Shown here: positions 45,600-54,405 of the stretch, one piece after another | Layout: each line of letters begins with the position of its first letter | Numbering within the stretch: position 1 is the stretch's first letter | Position numbers and translations under genes: made by a program | Notes under the pieces: generated by a model | What the model was told of the DNA's origin: nothing | Database searches by the model: none | The model's input: the letters and a program-made list of their open reading frames with translations, nothing else | Source: Flectonema sp. DT1601 | Taxonomy: Eukaryota | Direction: 5' to 3' | Assembly (NCBI GenBank): GCA_964019425.1 | Contig: OZ025786.1 | Location: 1,550,001-1,614,000 of the forward strand | Length of the DNA stretch: 64,000 nt

Positions 45600-47243
45600 A
45601 TGAAGAAGAAGAGGACTCGTGGAGACAGAGAAACAGAAGAAGAAGAGGTTGAACAAGTACTGTTTACGGAAGTTACGAAAAGCTTTCCACTTCAGAAACA
45701 AATCGAACAACTTGAAAGATCATTCAAGGGAATCCGACGAGTACTAGACCCGTCTCATTATGCGAAAGAGATAGTAGCCAGAGACAAAGAACGAGAAACA
45801 ATAAGTGAATTCGTTGATCGATGCGCACGAGGCAAAAAGGGAGCAAACATGTTGTACATTTCAGGTGTTCCGGGTACAGGTAAAACCTCATGCGTTAGAA
45901 GGGCCCTCGATGAAGCCGAAGAAAATAAAATTATATTTGAGAGGTGTGAAATCAACGGAATGCTTTTAAGAACTCCCCTCGACACTTTCACACAAATATT
46001 CCCCTCATTGAAAAAGTGTTTAAGTGATAAATTCATAACAGAAAGGAACATACCAAGATCAGCAACGGGTAAAGTAGCACTGTCATTCCTTAGGCTGACA
46101 CTTGAAGCTCAACGTGCATCGGAAGAAAAAAAGAATAAACAGCATCCAATGCACACACCTCTAGTGGTCGTGTTAGACGAGATGGATGTCGCTGTTGGAA
46201 AAACTGGTTCTGAAGTTCTATTCGATCTAACGGATTTATCACAACAGACTCCAAAATTTGCTTTTATTGGTATCGCAAACAGACAGAATTTGGGAAGCAT
46301 CTTCTCGGTAGATGGAAAAGAGCACACGAAGAGAGTTCAGTCAAGAATTGAAAAATTTCAAAGTGTAATTTTCGGTGTTTATAATAAAGAACAACTCTGT
46401 GAAATAATTGCAAGCAGACTCCGTGAAATTGTGACAGAGTCACGGGTCACAAAAACAACCCATGATCGGACCGTCCAGGTGATTTCTGAACTCCGTGGAA
46501 CTGACTTTTTCCCGACAGACACGTTAACATTTGCGATGACTGGCGTTTGTAAATTTGTTTCTGGTGATTGTCGACAGGCTTTATTATTCGCAAAGCATCT
46601 TATTTACTTTAGAGAAACCGCATTAGCACAAATAATTCAAGATTCTGATTCAACAACTGGTACCAGAAATTTACAAGCGTTCACATTGCCGGAGAATTTC
46701 ACGGTTTCGAAGGACTTGGTGAGTACGCAAATGAGACCGTTTTTGCATAAGAATGATGAAAAAGCTGTCACACCACACGAATTGATAGTTTTGTGTGTGG
46801 TTAATTATGAATACTTACTAAGTCCTCAAAATGAAGGTTATTCTTCAATTCAAAAGATAATTCAGAGATATCAAGTGTTCGCACCTCAACTAAAGAATCC
46901 AACTGAACCAGAAGTTGATATAAACGATTTGCTTGAGTTCGCAGATATGGACAAGGATGATGATGATCTTAGCAGTAGTAGTAGTGATTTCTATTATTGT
47001 ACCACACCACCAGAAGCTATTTATGCACCGTTGTCACCTCTTGAGCTTTCGCATGAGTGCAGCACGCTCATAAATTCATTACTGTCCAGAGGATACCTTT
47101 CACAACACCAGACAGTTGATTTTCAAGTTTCTCTTCCTCCGATCATTTCTCGAAATTTAAAAAGTATGTTGAACTCTTGTCCTGCTGTTGCTGCACTTCC
47201 ATTTGCGAAGAAGCTACAAGAAGGAGATGACCTGTATTATTGA
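45600..47243 (+). CDS. ORC1/CDC6: ORC1/CDC6 family AAA+ ATPase
   Basis: LYISGVPGTGKT, EING, VVLDEMD, IGIAN, RVQSR, GDCRQAL. Confidence 0.85.
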   Translation: MKKKRTRGDRETEEEEVEQVLFTEVTKSFPLQKQIEQLERSFKGIRRVLDPSHYAKEIVARDKERETISEFVDRCARGKKGANMLYISGVPGTGKTSCVRRALDEAEENKIIFERCEINGMLLRTPLDTFTQIFPSLKKCLSDKFITERNIPRSATGKVALSFLRLTLEAQRASEEKKNKQHPMHTPLVVVLDEMDVAVGKTGSEVLFDLTDLSQQTPKFAFIGIANRQNLGSIFSVDGKEHTKRVQSRIEKFQSVIFGVYNKEQLCEIIASRLREIVTESRVTKTTHDRTVQVISELRGTDFFPTDTLTFAMTGVCKFVSGDCRQALLFAKHLIYFRETALAQIIQDSDSTTGTRNLQAFTLPENFTVSKDLVSTQMRPFLHKNDEKAVTPHELIVLCVVNYEYLLSPQNEGYSSIQKIIQRYQVFAPQLKNPTEPEVDINDLLEFADMDKDDDDLSSSSSDFYYCTTPPEAIYAPLSPLELSHECSTLINSLLSRGYLSQHQTVDFQVSLPPIISRNLKSMLNSCPAVAALPFAKKLQEGDDLYY

Positions 47244-47358
47244 ATACAAAAAAAATCTCTTACGGTAGACATAATGACCATCTGTTATTGGTGTAGTTGA
47301 TTTAAGTTTGTTAATAATTGTGTTTTATTTTTTTATATTTTCAGTTCCAACACTAGAA

Positions 47359-49566
47359 ATGGTAAATAATGATTCAGCATACGACAGCCACGAAGAGTTC
47401 TTTGGTGAGGATGCCGCTCTTGTTAATGAAGCAACAGTTGAAAAGGAACCACCATCAGCGATTCATATGAGACAAAGAGATTTTCACTTGTTGATTGCAA
47501 AGAATAAGAAATCAGCTGTGTGGGTTTTTATTGTGTCAGCAGTATGTCTAGGATGTGCTCTTGGAGAAGTTGGTTACGATACCAGTGACACACCTGAAGA
47601 CGCTCCCGTGAATCCTCCTTGGGGGATGGTTCCTGCAACTGATGAATCAACAGTCTTCACTTGGCAGTCTTGGTTTAGTATTTGGGTGACAATGATTTCA
47701 CTCATGTTTATGATAAACGGAATTCCACCTGAACTGACTCTTTTACTCGCAACTCTAATCTTTCGTTTATTTGGAATCATTACTGATAAAGAAGCCTGGA
47801 GTGGATTCGAAAGCACTTCCGTCCTCTCAATCGGAGTCCTCTTCATCGTCGCTAAAGCACTAGAGAATTCTGGGACCATTCAACTTGCTGTTAAGTATGT
47901 TTTGGGTAAACCAAAAAACTCAGTTCTTGCGACGCTTCAATTGTGTATTCCCGTCGCTATAGTCAGTGCTTTTATAAACGACACTCCTGTAGTGGTGATG
48001 ATGCTTCCTATTGTTGAGAAGTGGGCTCAAGAGATTGGGATTCCAAAACAAAAACTTCTCATGCCTCTTTCCTTTTCAGCTCTTCTAGGCGGGATGTGTA
48101 CCCTCATCGGGACCAGTACTAATTTAGTACTGAAGGGATTGGTTGATAAAGATGATAGTCAGGACTTTACTCTTGATTTCTTTTCTATGACTGCAGTCGG
48201 TGCTCCAAACGCCTTAATTTGTGTTTTGTACTTAGCATTTGGTGGGCATTATCTCCTCCCAGATGGTCCAAACGACGGTTCTGTAGATGAATCTCAAGAG
48301 GATGACTCTGACCGATCAGGAGGTCGTTATTATATTCAATATTTCAAAGTTGGAGCTGAAAATGAAGGTAAGACTCCCATGAATCTTGGAGTCACGTTGG
48401 AACCGGGTGCTACACTTGTTGACATTAAAACAGATTCATCACTCTTACCACATGAACTGTCTCTTGATGAAAGGGTTTTAAAAAGAGATGATATCTTAGT
48501 TTTTTCAACAACAGTAAAAGGACTGTTAGCACTCAGAACAAAGATCGAACGTTCTGGTGGAAGCGCGGAACCAGTCAGTCCGCAATATTCAAAACTGGGA
48601 TCAAGACGTCGTCATCGAAAGCTATACGAGGTCATTGTAGACAACTCATGTCCTCTTATTGGAAGTTCCGTTATTGAAGCCGATTCATTAAAGCATTACG
48701 AAGCAGCAATCTTCGCGTTCAGACCAAGATCACGAGGAAATGGTAAACGAGTAACGCTTCAACCAAATTCCGATTCCACAACTGTAACCGTACAAGAACA
48801 CGACCATACAGCAGAGCTTGACATTGAAATAGGAGATGCACTACTTCTCGAGGGATATGGTGATTTTAAAAAGAAATGGGAAGACTCTAATCACTTTATG
48901 TTGGTTAATTCGATTGAAAATTCCCAACCAACTAGAAACGAACTCAGCAAAGATAAATATCGAAAATACTTTGCTGGATTGGTCTTGATCACAATGGTTT
49001 CCCTCGTCGCCAGCAAGGCTTTAAAGATTTTCGATGCTTCGATTTTAGCTGCTTTCGCTCTCGTGGCTATGCAATGCATTACTGTGTCGGAGGGATTCGC
49101 AACAATCAAAGGTCGTATTATTTTAGCCATCCTTGCATGTTATGGACTTGGCAAAGCGCTTGAAAACACCCACGTCACTGCTGCTGTCGCAAACGGTGCG
49201 ACTGACGTTGGTAAACATTTTTACAGTTTTATGGGTGACTTTATGGGATCAGTGGGAGTCTTATTTAGCGTTTTCGTTGTGTGTTCAGCAATGTCGTGTA
49301 TTGTTTCTAATCAGGCAACTGTTATTTTATTGTATCCGATTGTAAAAGATATGACTGGGTTGGAGGGGACAACCATTCAAAGGTTTGTCGTCATTTTAAT
49401 TATGGGTGCCTCGTCTTCGTTTATGACTCCTTTTGGATACCAAACTAACTTAATGGTTTGGGCACCTGGTAGATACTCATTTTTTGATTATACCAAATTC
49501 GGTGCCCCCTTGACTCTTATTGTCGGTCTTTCTTCAGCTTTTTTCACGAGAATTCTTATTTCTTAG
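47359..49566 (+). CDS. SLC13/DASS-type Na+/sulfate cotransporter (SLT-like) with TrkA-C-like central region
   Basis: SAFINDTPVV, KLLMPLSF, LGGMCTLIGTSTNL, SFMTPFGYQTNLMV, GRYSFFDYTKFGAPL. Confidence 0.88.
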   Translation: MVNNDSAYDSHEEFFGEDAALVNEATVEKEPPSAIHMRQRDFHLLIAKNKKSAVWVFIVSAVCLGCALGEVGYDTSDTPEDAPVNPPWGMVPATDESTVFTWQSWFSIWVTMISLMFMINGIPPELTLLLATLIFRLFGIITDKEAWSGFESTSVLSIGVLFIVAKALENSGTIQLAVKYVLGKPKNSVLATLQLCIPVAIVSAFINDTPVVVMMLPIVEKWAQEIGIPKQKLLMPLSFSALLGGMCTLIGTSTNLVLKGLVDKDDSQDFTLDFFSMTAVGAPNALICVLYLAFGGHYLLPDGPNDGSVDESQEDDSDRSGGRYYIQYFKVGAENEGKTPMNLGVTLEPGATLVDIKTDSSLLPHELSLDERVLKRDDILVFSTTVKGLLALRTKIERSGGSAEPVSPQYSKLGSRRRHRKLYEVIVDNSCPLIGSSVIEADSLKHYEAAIFAFRPRSRGNGKRVTLQPNSDSTTVTVQEHDHTAELDIEIGDALLLEGYGDFKKKWEDSNHFMLVNSIENSQPTRNELSKDKYRKYFAGLVLITMVSLVASKALKIFDASILAAFALVAMQCITVSEGFATIKGRIILAILACYGLGKALENTHVTAAVANGATDVGKHFYSFMGDFMGSVGVLFSVFVVCSAMSCIVSNQATVILLYPIVKDMTGLEGTTIQRFVVILIMGASSSFMTPFGYQTNLMVWAPGRYSFFDYTKFGAPLTLIVGLSSAFFTRILIS

Positions 49567-49810
49567 GGGAATTCTTTTTTTTTTTTTTCTTTTGTAAAAT
49601 TATTTTGTGCGTGTTGGGGAGAGCGTTTCGTGTTTTAACACGTCGCCTCTCTTTCTATGTCCGGGTGAAACGCTCTTATCGTTTTCAACGTGTGTATCTT
49701 ACCGTTTTGTTGTGCATTCTTTCCTCCGTTTTGACTCTTTTTTTTTTTTTTTTAGTTTTAATGTTTTTCTTTTTTCGCACACATCAACATTTGTCGGTTT
49801 TCCCCTCCCC

Positions 49811-49874
49811 TTATAATGATTCATGTCTAATTTGTTGCGTGTTAATCCTTGATTTATTTATCTAAGTCCCCCCC
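49811..49874 (+). repeat. Dispersed repeat family C, copy 1
   Basis: TTATAATGATTCATGTCTAATTTGTTGCGTGTTAATCCTTGATTTATTTATCTAAGTCCCCCC is nearly identical to 53060-53121. Confidence 0.85.
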
Positions 49875-51349
49875 TTTTTTTTTCTTTAGTCAGCTATTTG
49901 CCATTTGCAAATCTTCTTTCCTGCTGGCAGATTCAAGTCGGGTTCTCCTGACTTGTCCGTGACACCCTTATATAAAATTAGTTCGTTGTTGTTTACTGAA
50001 CTTTTTTTGATACACACAACCTTCGCATGGTGAGGGTTATTTGTTGCTGGTTTTCAAGTTCCCCTCGCGTAAGTAAAACTTGAGGAAGAAAATTTTGTGA
50101 TATTTCGATTTTTTTGCGTGTCTCTTTACTTTTACTTGTTAACAAGTCTTTGTAATAATCCTAAGAAGAGGATGATCAAAAAAAAAAAAAAAAAAAAAAA
50201 CTTGGAACGAAAATTGTAAAAAGAATTGGTTTTTATCTTAAAACTATACAGAAAATAGTAAATATAACAACTGTGATTTTTTGTTTGTGCACGAAACCGT
50301 GAACCGACTTAAACTGATAAAGCTAAAGGAAGTTTACGAGTGCTGCCAACATTCTTTTTCGTTCTTACAATACTTGTTAAATGCAAAAAAAAAAAGAAAA
50401 ATTAATCTATCATTCTGCAAAGTTATTTTTTTTTTCTTCTTTTTCTTCTTTTTTGTCCCTTTTCTCTCTCCGTATTGCGTACTCTTGTTGTCACTTTTGA
50501 GATGAAATACCTGATTAGAGCGACTCAGATTTATGTTCTGGGATGGAAAAACTTTTCATCTACTACACCGCGTCCTGCACAAAAAAACTTATCAAAACTT
50601 TTCGATGAGTTATAATAGAATAGAGCGAAAGATTTGTTGCTGTTTGTCAGACTGTGCGTGATCCATCTCTGCTGTGACGTTTTTTTTTTTCTTTTTTTTC
50701 CCACATTTCTGTTTGTTTCTTCCCAGGGCTCTCTCTCTCTCTCATTTAACGTAACCGCCGTCTGATGTATTATTTAATTTTTTGCGAATCTTTTGCAACT
50801 TTTTTTTTTTTTTTTTTTGAGACAAGCTTTTTCTCTTGTTTCTTTGTTGAGAGTAAATTGTGTAAAAACAGCGGCCTACAACGTTAATCTCATTCCACTG
50901 CTAAAGTGATCAACCGGAAGAGGGGGGGAACGGGGTTTTTTTTCGTCAAAAAACGAATGACGTTTGCTCGTTATTTTCGGTAAATAAGAATCTTGTCTTT
51001 TTTGTAAGACCTTCTTTTTTCTGACAATGAAAAAAAAAAAACAAAAAACATATTAGCAATAAGAAAGATACGAAAAGTACTCTTAAAATGTAAGGTACTG
51101 ATAGCTGAATCTTGCCTTTTTTTTAACCCAATCCCTTTTTCTGACGTTTATTCATTTTTTTTAATTCGTGTTTGCTGTATCTTCAGTTAATGATTGGAGA
51201 AGTTTAAGGGAACATGTGCAGAGATCTTCACATAAAAATCAAAAAAAAAAGAAAAGAAAAAGGTGATAAATTCAATTTTGGTGTTTTTCAATAATTTAAT
51301 TTAAACAACATAAAAAAAAAAAGGAAAGTAAACAAGAAAAAAATAAAAT

Positions 51350-52557
51350 ATGTCGAAAAAAACTCTTGCGAGGCAACTAAGATGTTGGTCTATGGGAATG
51401 GAGAGTGAAATCGTAAGTGGGAGATCAACAACAAATTGGAGACCTCGTAAAGATGCCGAACGCGATGGTAAAGTTTCAAAAACTAGTAAAATCGATGAAG
51501 CGACTGTTGGACTATTCGGGAATGACCCTAGAGGTGCTTGGGTTAAACCACCTAAAGTAGCAACACACACTGGAAAGTTAGATTCAGAGAGAAAGACTCT
51601 ATGGGAAGAAGCTCTCTACACCCAACAGCCTAACCTTATGAACGACTCAACTCATATTTTAGCTGAAGGTATCCCTGAAGCTGTTGGAGGACCTGACCCG
51701 ATGGAACATAACAAACAAGACCCTTACGTCAACTCTCGTTTTATTGGAATGTATCCATCGAGCATGAGTGAGGTTTGTGTACTTTTTTTTTCCTTACGTT
51801 TTTATTTTACAAAACCACCAAAAAAAAAAAAAAAAAAAAACAGAATCCTGGACAATACTGGAAACATATTAACTCACAAACGCTGTACTCGCACATGCTG
51901 TTTGAGCAATCAAAGAGTGCTGAGACTGACCGTTATGGAGGAGAGTTTGGTTTGCCGAAGGATGATTTCCAAACTCAAAATGGAGTTCTTCCACTGCTCT
52001 CTGCTGAAAAGTTTAGAAACTTAAAGTACCAAATTCACGAACCTATCGTGAGAGAGCTTAATGCTATCACTGACGGTGGAAAAGTAAGCCTCTTGGACAT
52101 TTTGAGACTCACCTTAGATGAGAAGAAACTGTCTATCGCATCTGCGCATTCTGCTTGGTGTACTTTTTGGGGTTCAATATACCCGAGAGGAGGTGTCTTA
52201 AGACCTGAATTTAACGAAATTATAGAACGCGATTTTGAAAGTGTCTCTGGTCTAGAAGCGGCATTTACTACTCAAGGAACTGCTTTGTATTCTAATGGAG
52301 GAGGAACTGTTTGGTTAGTATTGAATGAAGCAACTGATAAGATGGAAGTAATTTCAATTTTATCAGGACCAAAACACCCTTATCATATGAATTATAAAAT
52401 TATTGCTGCGATGATCATCACCGAAGATACAGTTAAAGGATTCGACTCATCGTCTGAGTATATCGATAGGTTTCTCAGTGTTTTTGACTACGACTATGCC
52501 TATGCATCATACTGTGAAGCGAAGGGTATTATGAAGCCAAGTTCACTTGTTTTCTAG
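51350..52557 (+). CDS. Fe/Mn superoxide-dismutase-like protein lacking metal ligands (possible mitoribosomal subunit); intron 51773-51843
   Basis: A GTTTGT...CAG intron joins two ORFs in frame. SOD-like motifs TFWGSI, IERDFES, GGGTVWLV, EYIDRF; the DxWEH motif is replaced by IITED. Confidence 0.75.
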
Positions 52558-53059
52558 AGTTGAAAGTAGTGTTCAATATTATGTTCCGGTTTTTGATCTC
52601 CTTATTTTTGTAACGTGTGTCGGTTCTATTTTCTGAAACACGTAAAAAAAAGTGTTTTTCGGTAACAATATTATTTTTTAGTGTGTTTTTTTTTTTTTTT
52701 TTTTTTTTTGTAATTTTTTTATTCGACGTTCCAAAGCGTTTTTTTTCACCAACTTCCCCTTTTTTTTTCCCTTTCCCCTCAAAGTGTGTTTCGATTTTTA
52801 TGGTTCTCTTTTCTTCTCGCTTCTATGCTTAACTTCAGTGCACAACCACGAAGGGTTCCTTCCCTTGTTTCTTAAGAAAAGATGCCGAAGAGAGTTTACA
52901 CTAATAAAACAACTAATAAATAAATATTTTTATTTTTCCAGTTGGATATCCTAAACACAAATATGTACGCTCTATAAATGTCTCACATCGAAAATAAAAC
53001 CAACTCTCGTTTATTCCCCCCCCCCCTAAAGCATGCGATTTTGTGTGGACAGAATCCAG

Positions 53060-53250
53060 TTATAATGACTCATGTCTAATTTGTTGCGTGTTAACCTTGA
53101 TTTATTTATCCAAGTCCCCCCTCGTGCAGTATTCTTCCCAGGTAAATCTTTTCGTATCGTATCAAAGGTCCCCCCTCGTGCAGTATTCTTCCCAGATAAA
53201 TCTTTTCGTATCGTATCAAAGGTCCCCCCTTATTTATCCAAGTCCCCCCT
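53060..53250 (+). repeat. Repeat family C copy 2 plus a 54-bp tandem duplication
   Basis: GTCCCCCCTCGTGCAGTATTCTTCCCAG(G/A)TAAATCTTTTCGTATCGTATCAAAG at 53114 and 53168; GTCCCCCC recurs at 53222 and 53242. Confidence 0.85.
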
Positions 53251-53338
53251 TGTTGCTCTCATGCTCAGCAGACTTGTTTCCTAAAATAACATTTTTAATT
53301 ATGTTTTTAATTACGTCTCAAAACACTCAGTCAATGAC

Positions 53339-54106
53339 ATGAGATCTGGTAGAATAGCTCGAAATGTGAAGTTGCCTTTTTGGTTGAAATGTAGTGGACT
53401 CGTAGCTACTGTAGTGGGAACAGGTGTTTGGTATGTTAAACAATGTGGTTTACAATTTGATTGGAATGGAGGAATGTGGAGTGAAATAACAGCATGGGAA
53501 AAGAGTGGACAATATGTTTATGTCATTCCGATGGTTCACATTGGAGAAAAGAGGTTCTATGATGACGTTGTCGATGTCTGTAAGGGAAGTATTGTTTTAT
53601 TAGAAGGGATTGACATGACACCATTACCTGCTCCAATTAGAGTTGTTGTTCGATTGATTAATCAAATCATACTCATAGTTGGAATCATAGTAGTTGGTTC
53701 ATTTATTGATATCAGTAGTTTCATTCGTAGGGTTGATCCAACACCGAGGAAGTCTGTTGTTTGTCAAGAAGACTTTTTCACACCATCGGTTTGTTGTAAT
53801 TCATTTCCGATTATGTCAGATGTTCATACTACTTCAACAGCAAGTCTTATCGCAGGTCGAAATGATTATTTGATGAAGGTATTCGATACCATTCCTCGTC
53901 AGCAGTTCTTTCCAATATCAATTCCTTGGGGTGCTGCTCACACTCCAGGAATATCATCGTCCCTTAGTGAGAGGGGATACTCTCCTGTGGGGGTGAGATA
54001 TATCAGAATCGGATCGATTTCAGAACTTATTTCACACTTATTTCGAATGACTCAATCAAGGTTAGAAAACCGTAACGTGATTCCTATGCGGGTTACGATG
54101 TGTTGA
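53339..54106 (+). CDS. Uncharacterised protein, TraB/GumN-like motifs
   Basis: VIPMVHIG, VLLEG, RND, IPWGAAHTPGI; two hydrophobic segments. Confidence 0.65.
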   Translation: MRSGRIARNVKLPFWLKCSGLVATVVGTGVWYVKQCGLQFDWNGGMWSEITAWEKSGQYVYVIPMVHIGEKRFYDDVVDVCKGSIVLLEGIDMTPLPAPIRVVVRLINQIILIVGIIVVGSFIDISSFIRRVDPTPRKSVVCQEDFFTPSVCCNSFPIMSDVHTTSTASLIAGRNDYLMKVFDTIPRQQFFPISIPWGAAHTPGISSSLSERGYSPVGVRYIRIGSISELISHLFRMTQSRLENRNVIPMRVTMC

Positions 54107-54109
54107 TTT

Positions 54110-54140
<31 letters not shown>

Positions 54141-54405
54141 CAATTGGGAGGTTTCTTGCCTGCTTTCCATTTATAAAAAAAAAAAAAAATAATATAGAAT
54201 AAAATCATTTGATACTACTACTTGGTAAAGAAGATTAAAATTATTATTTTTTTTATTCTTTTATAGAACAGAGCAATTTTCATCCAACGGCAATCATGTC
54301 TACCGACAACAATTATACTAACAGCGCCAAACCATATGCAAGTGATTCTTTTAACCTCATTGTACTTCACCCCTCAGGAATTAGTACAAAGCAGAGCAAC
54401 CAATC

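Noticed and set aside
53114..53250. Possible CRISPR-like array
   Set aside because: Units are whole tandem duplicates with no unique spacers; only two full units; eukaryotic context.
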